Source: a virus (taxonomy: Duplodnaviria; Caudoviricetes). From it: a DNA stretch of 64,000 nucleotides. The position numbers were made by a program, and so were the translations under genes. Under the pieces are notes generated by a model. That model was not told where the DNA came from, ran no database searches, and worked only from the letters and a program-made list of their open reading frames with translations. Shown in pieces: positions 1 to 9,499 of this stretch (its first letter is position 1; each line of letters begins with the position of its first letter). Location: positions 1-64,000 of IMG/VR virus record IMGVR_UViG_3300033070_000552. One strand, written 5' to 3'.

Positions 1-414
1 CGGCCATCGGCGGCGCTGGTCGTGCGTGGGCCGCAGCACGGCGATGTCGTATTGGGCCGCGAGTTGATCGAGTGGAGAGAGATCGGCCCGCACGCCGATC
101 TCCGCGTCTGCATCGAGCCAGAGCATCGGCGAGGCGTGGTCGGCGAACCGCTCGCGGAGGTACTCGGGCTTGATCGCGCAGTTGGCGACCCATGAGCCGC
201 GAGAGGGCCGGGCCTCGACGCGGTAGTTGGTGTGGAAGGAGGGGAACCCAATTCGCAAGTGGAGCGATCGGAGAAGGTGCGCGTCCATCACTTCGCGGTA
301 CTGCGGGGTGTAGAACGAGACGACCTGGAATCGGTAGGGGCCGTGGTCGATGATCGAGACGGTGCCGTCGGGGTTGGGGTGTAGCGACGAGTGAACCGAT
401 TGGGGCATAGCCAT
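1..414 (-). CDS. GT-A fold glycosyltransferase / nucleotide-diphospho-sugar transferase-like (3' end runs off the window)
   Basis: Manual translation from ATG 414: MAMPQSVHS...VSFYTPQY...SRGSWVANCAIKPEYL...MLWLDADAEI, with a DxD motif. ATG lies 3 nt after a GGGAACGTCT motif. Not in the supplied ORF track. Confidence 0.65.
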   Translation of the reverse strand, partial: MAMPQSVHSSLHPNPDGTVSIIDHGPYRFQVVSFYTPQYREVMDAHLLRSLHLRIGFPSFHTNYRVEARPSRGSWVANCAIKPEYLRERFADHASPMLWLDADAEIGVRADLSPLDQLAAQYDIAVLRPTHDQRRRWP

Positions 415-440
415 GCGAGACGTTCCCGCCTGGGTGGCCG

Positions 441-1721
441 CTACTTGGCCCTGGCGAGCTTGGCCTTCGCGATCTTGGGTGCGGCGTGCGGGGTCGCCTT
501 CTCCAACACCGCCTTCTTGCCCGTAAAGGTTTCCCATCGCCTGATTCCCACGTCAACGAAGACCGGCTCCAGCTCCATCGCGAAGCAGCGCCGGCCCTGC
601 TGCTCGGCGGCAATCAACTGGGAGCCGCTACCCGAGAACGGTTCGAAGCAGATGTCCCCCGGCTTGGTGTGCTTCCGCATCGGCCGCGCGAAGATTTCCA
701 CGGGCTTTTGCGTCGGATGCTCGTTGCCGACGATGCGCGACTTGCCCTCCCAATCGATCTCCCACACGGAATTGAACTCGTGGTCGGAATCGTGGACCGG
801 CATCGATCCCTGTACCCACCCCATCATGCACGGCTCGTGGCGGAAGTGCCAGTAGACGCGACCAAAGACGGGCGATGGCTTGACCCAAATGATCTGCTGG
901 TGGTCGAGGATACCAAGGTCCCCCCAAACCTTCGCGATGAGGCCCTGGCGTTTGTGGGCGTGCCAACAGTAGATCGCGGCGTGCGGCGCAATGACCCGCA
1001 CAACGTTGGAGAAGAGTCCCCTGAAAAAACTGTCGGCGTCGGTGATCTCGACCTCTTTGTACGTGGCGCTCCAGTCCTTACCAGAGTCGTTGGGTCGGTC
1101 TCCGGTGTAGTCGACAAGGTACGGCGGATCGGTGGAAACGAGATCGGCCTTGCGGCCGTCCATCAGCCGGTCCACGTCGGCGGGACTCGTCGAGTCGCCG
1201 CACATCAGCCTGTGGGCGCCGAGAATCCAAACGTCTCCCCGCTTGGCCGTGGCCTTCTTTGGAACCTCGGGAACATCGTCGGACGACGCCGAGCCACCCG
1301 CCCGCCCTTTGGGGTACGCGATGTGCTCGATCTCCGCTGCCGTAAACCCCATCTCGACGTTCGAGAGATCGCCCAGCGACCGGATCTCCTGGCTGAGCAA
1401 ATCCATGTCCCACTCGGCAATCTCGTTGGTCTTGTTGTCGGCGATACGAAGAGCGGCGACCTTCTCGGGGGTGAGATCGCGGGCAACGTGAACGGGAGCC
1501 TCGGCGAGCCCGAGCTTGATCGCGGCCTTGAGCCTGGTATGGCCCACGATCACCACGCCGTGCGCGTCGACGACGATCGGCTGGCGAAACCCGTACTGCT
1601 CGATCGACCGAGCGACGGCATCGACGGCGTTGTCGTTCTTGCGAGGGTTCTTGTCGTAGGGCGTGATCTTGGCGAGCGGCCACGACTCGACGACCATGCG
1701 GGGAGGCTTGGCTTTGCTCAC
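441..1721 (-). CDS. ParB/Srx N-terminal domain fused to an N6A/N4C DNA methyltransferase
   Basis: PYDKNPRKND...GFRQPIVVD...GHTRLKAA (ParB-N); TDPPY catalytic motif; HPTQKP and EPFSGSGS (motif I). GTG 1721 overlaps the upstream stop (GTGA). Confidence 0.9.
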   Translation of the reverse strand: MSKAKPPRMVVESWPLAKITPYDKNPRKNDNAVDAVARSIEQYGFRQPIVVDAHGVVIVGHTRLKAAIKLGLAEAPVHVARDLTPEKVAALRIADNKTNEIAEWDMDLLSQEIRSLGDLSNVEMGFTAAEIEHIAYPKGRAGGSASSDDVPEVPKKATAKRGDVWILGAHRLMCGDSTSPADVDRLMDGRKADLVSTDPPYLVDYTGDRPNDSGKDWSATYKEVEITDADSFFRGLFSNVVRVIAPHAAIYCWHAHKRQGLIAKVWGDLGILDHQQIIWVKPSPVFGRVYWHFRHEPCMMGWVQGSMPVHDSDHEFNSVWEIDWEGKSRIVGNEHPTQKPVEIFARPMRKHTKPGDICFEPFSGSGSQLIAAEQQGRRCFAMELEPVFVDVGIRRWETFTGKKAVLEKATPHAAPKIAKAKLARAK

Positions 1722-2332
1722 GACTTCTCGCTCCACTTGTGGTTGCACGCCGGGCAGGTGATCTCCTTGCCGAACGTCGGCGTCACCGTCTTGGGCTCCG
1801 ACGGCGCGGGCGGGAGCAGCCCCTTCTCGATCTTCGCAAGCTCCTCGTCGGTGAACCCCGTCGCGAGGAAGGTGGCATCGGAGAGCGACCGGAGCGTCTC
1901 GGCCAACTTCACCTCGTCCCAATCGGCAAGCTCGGCGGTGCGGTTGGCGGCGATGCGAAACCCGGCGGCGGTCTTGGGGTCGTCGTCGACCGCGATCGCG
2001 GCGCAGTGGGTCCAGCCCAGCTCAAGCATCACCGTGTAGCGACCGTGGCCCGCCTCGATCTTGCCCGTGCGGGCGTTGACGACCAAGGGCTCGCGCTGGC
2101 CGAACTTGAGGAGCGAGCCCTTGACGGCTTCGAGGTTGGCCCTCGCGTGGGTCCGTTCGTTGGCGGGGTCGGGCTTGATATCGGCGATCGCGACGGCGAG
2201 GGGTAGCAACCCCGCGACGATCTGGTGGACGGCGGTTGGGGGCGGCGGCCCCTGGGCTATGACCGCCGGGGTCGGTTTATTTCGTGGTGAAATAACGGGC
2301 TTGGGTTTAGACAATTCGACGGATTTGGCCAT
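1718..2332 (-). CDS. Stand-alone ParB/Srx N-terminal domain protein with C-terminal CxxC
   Basis: DIKPDPANERTH...FGQREPLVV...IEAGHGR...ANRTAELADWD; ends CPACNHKW. ATG preceded by TATGAT-N6. Confidence 0.8.
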   Translation of the reverse strand: MAKSVELSKPKPVISPRNKPTPAVIAQGPPPPTAVHQIVAGLLPLAVAIADIKPDPANERTHARANLEAVKGSLLKFGQREPLVVNARTGKIEAGHGRYTVMLELGWTHCAAIAVDDDPKTAAGFRIAANRTAELADWDEVKLAETLRSLSDATFLATGFTDEELAKIEKGLLPPAPSEPKTVTPTFGKEITCPACNHKWSEKS

Positions 2333-2349
2333 GCGGGGATCATACCCGG

Positions 2350-3216
2350 CTACCAACCCGCTGGCACGTCGGTTTCGACCGACTTCCCGATCAGCGACCC
2401 GAGGTGCCGAAAGAACCGCGTGATTTGCGCGGCCTTGGCACGCATCCTCGGAAGTACCTTGGCGAGCCGACCGTCGCCGGGAGCGAGAATAAACTGGAAC
2501 TCTTTATCGAGGAACGGCAGGCTGATCGCAAACGCCTGGCCGTTCTCCCCGCCCCCGATCGTCGGGGATGAGTCGGAGACGTACACACCGGTCTGGGCCT
2601 TGACCGCCGGGATCGCGAGCCAGAACACCCCGTCGCCGATACACCCGGCGATCTCGTCCATGAATTTTTTGTTGAAGGCGACCCACACCACCGCGCGGTC
2701 ATCGGTGGGGTTGCGAAGCCGATCGACGACGAACCCGAGCATGCGATCAAAGTTGATCCGCCACGACTTGATCGCCTCGGGAATATCTGCCGTGGTGTAG
2801 GTGAACGATTCCTCCGTGCCGCTCTTTTTCTTGCGGGAGCCGACGCGGGTTCCGTCGTCCAAGGTCGCCATGTCGGTGAAGGTGCTCCCGGCCGGAACTG
2901 GCATCGTCAGCGTTTGAATATTCGCCTCGCTGATATCGCTGAGAATTTGCATCGGCGAGATCGCCAGTACGGCCCTGTTTGTCGCGACCGCCCACGTCGT
3001 TCCGTACATGCTATCCGGCCCCGGCGGAATCCCGACGATCAGCGAGCACGCGGGAAAGCCCTTGGAGACGTCGGGCTCGAACGACATATCGAGTTTGGGG
3101 ATACGCCCGTCGACCACGCGGATCGATCTCGGAACCTTGGCCGTCGGCTTAGACGGCAGGGCCGGGGTTGACGATATCGGTTTGCCCTGGGTCGACTTTG
3201 GTGCTGGCTTGGTCAT
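2350..3216 (-). CDS. hypothetical protein
   Basis: 289-codon ORF; ATG 4 nt after a GGGAACGTCT motif; no family recognised. Confidence 0.6.
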   Translation of the reverse strand: MTKPAPKSTQGKPISSTPALPSKPTAKVPRSIRVVDGRIPKLDMSFEPDVSKGFPACSLIVGIPPGPDSMYGTTWAVATNRAVLAISPMQILSDISEANIQTLTMPVPAGSTFTDMATLDDGTRVGSRKKKSGTEESFTYTTADIPEAIKSWRINFDRMLGFVVDRLRNPTDDRAVVWVAFNKKFMDEIAGCIGDGVFWLAIPAVKAQTGVYVSDSSPTIGGGENGQAFAISLPFLDKEFQFILAPGDGRLAKVLPRMRAKAAQITRFFRHLGSLIGKSVETDVPAGW

Positions 3217-3898
3217 TGGTAGACGTTCCCGTCGAAGCATCCACCGTCGATGTGGTCCCCGCGATCCTTCGGGACTTGGGCCTTGGCGCTTCGATCATGA
3301 TCTCGTCGATCGGGTTGCGATCGCTGGATCGATCGAGCCCGAGGTCGGCCCTGATCCCGGTGATGTTTTTGAGCGTGTCGGAAATATCCTTCACGATCGA
3401 CGAGTAGTGCTTCACGTCGTGCGACTTCGCGTCGATGTTTACGATCTCGTTGCCCTGCGGATCGATCTTCGCCATTCGAGCACGGGCGAAGATCGCGGCG
3501 GACTCGGAGAACACCGATATGTTTTCGAGAACCTGAACGAGCCGCTCGGACGCCACCTCGCTTTGAACGACGTTCCGCACGATCTGCTTTCTCATCATCT
3601 GCACGAAGAACCCGTTCTTGACGATCCCGAGCATTTGCTTCTTGTGGGCCGCCGACAGGTGCCCGCACTTGGAAAGGGCAACCGTCGGGATTTGGTACTT
3701 GATGGCGAACTCCGCAAGGGTCAGCGCCGGATCGACGAGCCAAAGCTCGCGGACGGCGGCCCAGTTGTACTTCACCCGCTTGCCGTCGTTGCGAATGATC
3801 GACGCGATCCCGATGCGAACGCACTCGCGATCCCTTGGGGGTATGTGACAGAACGACTCTGCGTCATTGTAACGGCGGGGGGCCGGCGGTTTATCCAT
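3149..3898 (-). CDS. putative terminase small subunit-like HTH protein
   Basis: KYNWAAVRELW...TLAEFAIKYQIP resembles the N-terminal HTH of phage TerS proteins; helical middle region; next to a ParB-MTase, a common TerS neighbour. Confidence 0.45.
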   Translation of the reverse strand: MDKPPAPRRYNDAESFCHIPPRDRECVRIGIASIIRNDGKRVKYNWAAVRELWLVDPALTLAEFAIKYQIPTVALSKCGHLSAAHKKQMLGIVKNGFFVQMMRKQIVRNVVQSEVASERLVQVLENISVFSESAAIFARARMAKIDPQGNEIVNIDAKSHDVKHYSSIVKDISDTLKNITGIRADLGLDRSSDRNPIDEIMIEAPRPKSRRIAGTTSTVDASTGTSTNDQASTKVDPGQTDIVNPGPAV

Positions 3899-3908
3899 AG
3901 GACAGATA

Positions 3909-4910
3909 CTACCCCACCTCGATCAACCGCACCGCCTCGTTGAGATGATCATCGGGGACCTGGAGTTCACGGGCGAGCCCGCGAAGCTCGGTGCGGGCGT
4001 CCATGCGGGTATCGTCGCCCTCGCCCCCGACAAGCTCGACGAACGTGTCGAGATCGGTGCTCGCGGGCGGAGCGTTGATCGCGGTCTGGTCGAATGCCTC
4101 GGCGATCGGAAGCGCTCCCGAGAACGGAATGATCGTGACCTTGGGGGCCTTGCCCTTCGTGAACGTGGCGAGAACGGCCGACGGCTGGTTGTTCTTCTCG
4201 GCGATCGAGGTGCGGGCGATCGACCCGAGGTTGATAATCGTCGAGTCGCCCGAGGTGACGATCTCGGTTGGCTCGTGAATATGGCCGTTGAGAACCAACG
4301 TCGGCACGCCCGTGACCTTGCGGATCGCGAGGAGATAGCCCTGCATGTTCAACCTGCCGATGATGTCGTGGTGGAGAACGACAACCGCCGCGTCCATCGC
4401 ACGGGCGTCGACGATCTTAGCGACGGTGGCGGCGATCGACGCGGGCGATGGACCGGGGGTGTAGTTGAGGCCGAACACGCCGACTCGAAGATCCGCCGAC
4501 CGAACGATCGCGATATCGGCGTCAACCAGCGAGACGGCCTTGGACTTGATCACGACCCCCAAGGGTTGCGACTCGTACACGCTGGCATGATTGTGCCCGA
4601 CCATGTCGTGGTTGCCCGCGATCGAGAGAAGTGGGGCGACCCTCTGGATCGCCTGGTACTTGCCGATCAGGGCCATCACGTCGGCGTGCGAGGTCCGGCC
4701 CTTGCGGTGGAAGTGGTCGCCCGCCTGGACGATCGCGTTCACCGCGAACCGTTTGGAGAACTCGGCAACCTCGTCGAGCATGGCGTCCAGCTCGTTGCGG
4801 TAGGTGGGGGTGCGCGACTCGGGCGGCTCGGTCGCGTAGTGGAGATCACCGAACGCGAGGATCGAGACGGACTGAGCGACGGCGGACTTGATGAGGGACT
4901 TGGTGGTCAC
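3909..4910 (-). CDS. sbcD: SbcD/Mre11-like metallophosphoesterase nuclease
   Basis: FGDLHY, QAGDHFH, IAGNHD and LNGHIH phosphoesterase motifs; GTG 4910 overlaps the SbcC-N stop. Confidence 0.9.
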   Translation of the reverse strand: MTTKSLIKSAVAQSVSILAFGDLHYATEPPESRTPTYRNELDAMLDEVAEFSKRFAVNAIVQAGDHFHRKGRTSHADVMALIGKYQAIQRVAPLLSIAGNHDMVGHNHASVYESQPLGVVIKSKAVSLVDADIAIVRSADLRVGVFGLNYTPGPSPASIAATVAKIVDARAMDAAVVVLHHDIIGRLNMQGYLLAIRKVTGVPTLVLNGHIHEPTEIVTSGDSTIINLGSIARTSIAEKNNQPSAVLATFTKGKAPKVTIIPFSGALPIAEAFDQTAINAPPASTDLDTFVELVGGEGDDTRMDARTELRGLARELQVPDDHLNEAVRLIEVG

Positions 4911-5941
4911 GGCTTTCCCTTCCGCCCACAGAGCGGACACTCGGCCCCGACGATCTTGTGAACGCGATCCTCGATCTCTTTGAGGGCCTCGGTCTTGGAT
5001 CGAAGTGTACCCTCGCACCCATTGACCGCGACCATCGCGGCGGCGATCCGGTTGGCCTGATCGGTAAGATCGCGGCATCGGGCTTGAGTCTCCTGCCGCT
5101 CCTTCCACTTCGCCTCGGCGGCGGCGACTAGCTTCAACGCCTCGGCCACGGGTCGGTCCATTCGCTCGACGTCGGCGAGGAGCTGCTCGCATTGCGTGGC
5201 CGCGAGGAATAGCTCCCTCGCCCGATCCGATGCGGCGATGTGATCCTTGGACGTCGCGACGATCGACTCGCGAAACCTCGCCGAGTCGGCCCGCGAGAAC
5301 GCGGCCTCGGCGGTCTTGAACTTCGCCACGGCGTCGTCGAAAGACGCCTTGGACCGATCGGCCTCAAGCTGCGCGGCCTTGCGATTGGACTCGGCCTGGG
5401 CGAGCCCACGATAGACGACGTCGAGCCCCGAGACGGCCCCGATCATCTTGGCTAGATCGCCGGGCTTGGCATCAACACCGAACGCCGGGCCTCGTTGGGC
5501 CGAGAAGTGCAGGTCGGCCTCGACCCCCGAAAGATCAACCGGGCCGAGCTTGAGCGCGTCGGCTACCGGGGGAGGACAATCGGCCCCGACCTGCTGGTAT
5601 CTCTGAATCGCAGTAGCGGGTTGGCCTATTTGGTCTATGACGTATTCGTTGCACGCCGACTTGCCGACGCCCTTTGAGATAGAAACGGCAAGCCCATCGG
5701 CGAACGAGAGAGTGACCGATCCCGACTGCGATCCGATCGTGAGAAGGTCCTTGGCGGGGCAGTTCTCGACCACGGCCCGCACGGCCCGGTAGACGTTGGT
5801 CTTGCCCGAGTCGGACGGACCGACGACGACATTGAGCCCGGGGTGGAGATCAACCTCGCCCGACCGCCAGCTCATGCAGTTGGTAAGGTTGATCTGCGAG
5901 AGCTTGGCGGGTTTATTTCGTGGTGAAATAACGTTCGTCAT
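4907..5941 (-). CDS. sbcC: SbcC/Rad50 ATPase N-terminal half (Walker A, coiled coil, zinc hook)
   Basis: LNVVVGPSDSGKTNVYRAV Walker A; Q-loop-like FSAQRGP; heptad coiled coil; terminal CPLCG zinc hook; no Walker B. Confidence 0.85.
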   Translation of the reverse strand: MTNVISPRNKPAKLSQINLTNCMSWRSGEVDLHPGLNVVVGPSDSGKTNVYRAVRAVVENCPAKDLLTIGSQSGSVTLSFADGLAVSISKGVGKSACNEYVIDQIGQPATAIQRYQQVGADCPPPVADALKLGPVDLSGVEADLHFSAQRGPAFGVDAKPGDLAKMIGAVSGLDVVYRGLAQAESNRKAAQLEADRSKASFDDAVAKFKTAEAAFSRADSARFRESIVATSKDHIAASDRARELFLAATQCEQLLADVERMDRPVAEALKLVAAAEAKWKERQETQARCRDLTDQANRIAAAMVAVNGCEGTLRSKTEALKEIEDRVHKIVGAECPLCGRKGKP

Positions 5942-7137
5942 TCGTCATCTCCCTCGGCCATGAACGCCCCCGCCGATCGCGAGGGCTTGTCGATCGGCCC
6001 CGCCGACTTGGCGAGCGTCGCCAGCTTGTCCCATTGGGTTTGGGTGCCGTTGCGGAGGAACCTCAGCCACTCGTCGCGGGTCTTGTACGTGCGGGCGTGG
6101 GCCTTACCCGGGAAGATCGTGACGGGCCGACCCGGGCCGGGGGTCTTGATGATCCCAGCCGCCTCCAGCCCGATCGTCAGCTCGACCTCGGGCGAGATCC
6201 CCCAGCCAGCCCCGACGTGGTACTGGCACACCCCGAGCTTGCCCGTGACCTTGTTCTTCATTGCCTTGATGTTGGCGATCTTCCCGCCCTCGGGGAACCA
6301 CGGCGAGCCCTTGGGCCCCGACACGTCGAGCTTGAGCGAGTCGTAATACTCGATCGCCTTTCCGCCCGGCCTTCGCCTGGGGTCGCCGAACATCGCGGAC
6401 ATGCCGATCTTGTCCCGCCACTGGTTGACCAGCACGACCGAGACGTTGTACCGAGCGGCCGTGCCGATCGTGCGTCGAAAGAGCTTCGCCATCGCGGCGG
6501 CGTGCTTGCCAACCGTCGACTCCTCCATCGACTTGTCTTTTTCCTCTTGCGGGAGCATCGCGGGAACCGAGTCGATCACGCACAAACCAAACTCGCCCGA
6601 GCCGATGAGCTGCACGGCGATCTCGCACCCCTCCTCCATCGTCGCGGGTTGATGGAGCCAAAGGTTCGCGTCCTTGGCGTTGCGAACGATCCCGTTGGTC
6701 CCGACCTCGGCCATGACCATGTTGCGGATCGCGCCCTGCATGTATCGGATATCCCACGCATACTCAAAGTCGAGGGCCAGCACCCGTCGGGGGGCGTCGA
6801 TCTCGACAATCTCGCCGGAGTCCAGACGGATCGGGTGCCGCGACCCCTCGGGCTGATTGATAACCGCGTCGATCATGGCGTACGCGAGGGTCGTCTTTCC
6901 CGAGTGGGCCTCGCCGAGAAGCTCGATGTACTTCCCGCACGGGAGCCCGGGGTTCGTCGGCCCGGCGAGCATCTGCCCGAGGGCGGCGTGCCGCATGGGG
7001 ATCGTGCGGGGCACGGGCGGTACAAAGAGAATCCGATCGGGGTTCTGCTTGCGGAGAACTTCGAGGGCCTGGGAGAGCCCGCGTACCGGGGCGGCCGAGA
7101 CCTTCTTGGGCTTGTCGAACTTGGACTTGGGTTTCAT
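5938..7137 (-). CDS. recA: RecA/UvsX-family recombinase
   Basis: GLPCGKYIELLGEAHSGKTTL, VIDSVPAM, VLVNQWRDKIG, PGGKAIEYY, MKNKV. Confidence 0.93.
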   Translation of the reverse strand: MKPKSKFDKPKKVSAAPVRGLSQALEVLRKQNPDRILFVPPVPRTIPMRHAALGQMLAGPTNPGLPCGKYIELLGEAHSGKTTLAYAMIDAVINQPEGSRHPIRLDSGEIVEIDAPRRVLALDFEYAWDIRYMQGAIRNMVMAEVGTNGIVRNAKDANLWLHQPATMEEGCEIAVQLIGSGEFGLCVIDSVPAMLPQEEKDKSMEESTVGKHAAAMAKLFRRTIGTAARYNVSVVLVNQWRDKIGMSAMFGDPRRRPGGKAIEYYDSLKLDVSGPKGSPWFPEGGKIANIKAMKNKVTGKLGVCQYHVGAGWGISPEVELTIGLEAAGIIKTPGPGRPVTIFPGKAHARTYKTRDEWLRFLRNGTQTQWDKLATLAKSAGPIDKPSRSAGAFMAEGDDE

Positions 7138-7158
7138 GTGCAAGACGTTCCCGTGGGA

Positions 7159-7794
7159 TCACTTCTTCGATCGGGAAAGCACCCTCGCATCGACGACTTT
7201 ATTTCGTGGTGAAATATTGATCGACGCCGCCCCGGCGAGAGCGACACAGACCGCATCCCCTTCGGCGTCGGTGGCAATCCTGAGACCGAACCGATCGAAC
7301 AGGCCGCGAAGTACGTCCTCCTTGCCCGGCGTCGATCGTTTCCATACCCCGGTCTTTCCCGCCGCCTTCCAGCACGCGATCGACCGCCCCGGCCAGTCGG
7401 GGCAGGCGGTGTACTTCGCCGTGATCGGGGCGATGTACCTCATCGCGAGCCCATGCTCCGACCACAATCGCTCGTGGATCACCCCGTGGACCTCGCCAAG
7501 GGTTTGCTGCGCGTGCTTTGACCCAAACGAGTAGCCCTCGGCGAAGATCGACGCGCCCTTGTTATAGACCCCGACCGGAACGTGGTTGCGAATGTGCTTG
7601 AGCGAGTGGCCAATCTCATCCCACAATCCCGCGAGCCGCTCCCCCTTGTCGGTCCTGGTACCGTCCGACCCGCATGCCGAGCAGACGAACGTCGAGACGA
7701 GTTTGGTCTTGCCCCCGTCGAATATTTCCAGAATCGCCACACCGGTAGCGGAGAGAGAAATATCGAGCCCGACGACACGATGGAGTGGAATCAT
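7159..7794 (-). CDS. ruvC: RuvC-like Holliday junction resolvase
   Basis: VVGLDISLSATG, FAEGYSF, LGEVHGVI, DAEGDAVCVAL acidic catalytic pattern. Confidence 0.8.
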   Translation of the reverse strand: MIPLHRVVGLDISLSATGVAILEIFDGGKTKLVSTFVCSACGSDGTRTDKGERLAGLWDEIGHSLKHIRNHVPVGVYNKGASIFAEGYSFGSKHAQQTLGEVHGVIHERLWSEHGLAMRYIAPITAKYTACPDWPGRSIACWKAAGKTGVWKRSTPGKEDVLRGLFDRFGLRIATDAEGDAVCVALAGAASINISPRNKVVDARVLSRSKK

Positions 7795-7879
7795 AAAACC
7801 CGGAGTCGCCTTTCGGAGACTCCGGGCCGAATAAACCCGCCGACCCTTCGGTCGGCGGATTGGGAAAAGAAGAAGCACG

Positions 7880-8935
7880 TTACGTCAGATCAAACTCGTC
7901 GGCCTCGACCGAGGCGTCGGGATCGCCGCCCCCATCGTTGCCGCCGAGATCTCCAAGGGCCTCGTCGATGGCGCGAGTGGTTTCCTCGTCGCCGTCGGGC
8001 TCCTGAGCCGGGGCCGCCGGTCGTCGCTGGCCCTGGGCGGGCCTCTCCGATGTGCGGGTCTGGGTCTGACGGCCACGAGGAACTTCGTCAACCTCCTCGA
8101 CCGCCTGGTTTTTGCCACGGCCCTCGGCGCGATCGAGCGACGCGATCATGTCGCGTCGGGAGTCGGGGGCAATGGTCTCCTCGATCAGATAGCACGGGGA
8201 ATCGGGGCTATCGCCCTCGAAGAACTGGCTGCACTCGGCCCACACCTCCGACGACTTCATCTTGATATCACGTGCGGACGTGATGGGGGTGATGTTGAAT
8301 TTCTGGAACCCGTCGTCGGTGCAGGTCATCTGCAACTCGACCTGTTGGATCTTGAGCCGGTCGCCGTTGGCCAGCGTCGGAAGCGCCTTCCCAATCGACG
8401 TGAGGTTCTGGTACCGCTCGCCCGCGAACGTCCACGGGTAGAACTTCTTGAGCATCGTCGCCCGGCCCTTGGAGTCGATCGTGCAGACGACCCAGAGCCC
8501 GACGCAGAATCTCGGCTTGACCTTGTACTCCCGCTCAAACAACGGGCATTCGAGCTTGGCCTGTGTCTCGGCATCCCGATCGCCGTCCATCGCCGCCTTG
8601 GCGATATCGAAGGGAGCCCGCGACGCCATGAAGAACGACTTGGACTTATCGCCGTGGTTCTCGACGTAGGCCCCGGCGAACATGATCGGCTTGGTGACGA
8701 TGCGGGCGATGTAGGTCATCCCCGTCTTGCCCCGGAAGCCCTCGGGACGCTCGCTGAACCCGCCCTTGATCGTTTCGTCGCCAAAGTCCTTGGCTTGGGC
8801 GTTCGAACTTTTCGTCAGAACGACCTCGGGGGGCATGGCCGTGCGCTTGGGGGGCGGCTGCACGGTGGTTCCAGTGCCAATCTTCGGTGGCGGCTTCGGT
8901 GATTCCTTCGGGGGGGTTGCGGCCTGCTTTGCCAT
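7880..8935 (-). CDS. single-stranded DNA-binding protein (gp32-like)
   Basis: Located in the recombination operon; aromatic-rich core (FYPWTFAGERY, DGFQKFNI); long acidic tail ending EADEFDLT. Confidence 0.6.
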   Translation of the reverse strand: MAKQAATPPKESPKPPPKIGTGTTVQPPPKRTAMPPEVVLTKSSNAQAKDFGDETIKGGFSERPEGFRGKTGMTYIARIVTKPIMFAGAYVENHGDKSKSFFMASRAPFDIAKAAMDGDRDAETQAKLECPLFEREYKVKPRFCVGLWVVCTIDSKGRATMLKKFYPWTFAGERYQNLTSIGKALPTLANGDRLKIQQVELQMTCTDDGFQKFNITPITSARDIKMKSSEVWAECSQFFEGDSPDSPCYLIEETIAPDSRRDMIASLDRAEGRGKNQAVEEVDEVPRGRQTQTRTSERPAQGQRRPAAPAQEPDGDEETTRAIDEALGDLGGNDGGGDPDASVEADEFDLT

Positions 8936-9010
8936 GATGCGAAACTCCAATGGGTGAGAAAAACGAGACGGTGATTTCTACGAACGGTTGCGAGACGTTC
9001 CCGCCAGCGA

Positions 9011-9499
9011 TCAACCACTCCGATGGCCCTGCATCTCGGCGATCGCTCCCCGGTGCATGGCGTTGAGGGTTTCCTTGGCGCGATCGAACGTCTCGATCGT
9101 CATCTTCACGGCGGATAGTGCCGCGTCTAGCTCGGCTACCTTGCCCGAAAGATCGGCGACCCGACCGGCCTCGTGCATGGTGAGCTGCTCGACGTACGCG
9201 GCGATCGATCCGGAGGTCTTGGCCTGCGAGCGGGTCTGTGGGTCGTAGGTGTACGTTGCCTTTGCGATCTGGAGGTTGTGCTTGGCGACGGCGAGTTGAC
9301 TCTTGGCGTTGCCGAGCCGCATAAGGATCTTCCGCCCGATCTCGTCGACCCGCTGGCGGTTGGCCTGAACCCGCCCGAGCAACTGTTCGAGAACCACGGG
9401 GGCGACAACCTCGCCGTCGCCGGGGACGGGAATCTTCACCGTGAGACGTTCGAGCCCGCCGTAGAACTTGGCCCAGTCGATTACGGATTTAGCGGTCAC
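9011..9499 (-). CDS. coiled-coil protein, possibly a UvsY-like recombination mediator
   Basis: All-helical 162 aa next to SSB and RecA; assignment is by position and composition only. Confidence 0.35.
   Translation of the reverse strand: MTAKSVIDWAKFYGGLERLTVKIPVPGDGEVVAPVVLEQLLGRVQANRQRVDEIGRKILMRLGNAKSQLAVAKHNLQIAKATYTYDPQTRSQAKTSGSIAAYVEQLTMHEAGRVADLSGKVAELDAALSAVKMTIETFDRAKETLNAMHRGAIAEMQGHRSG

Noticed and set aside
2350-3216. Sliding clamp (DnaN) assignment based on AVATNRAVLA
   Set aside because: Only a short resemblance to the clamp AVATDGHRL motif; the rest of the sequence and the three-domain repeat are not recognisable.
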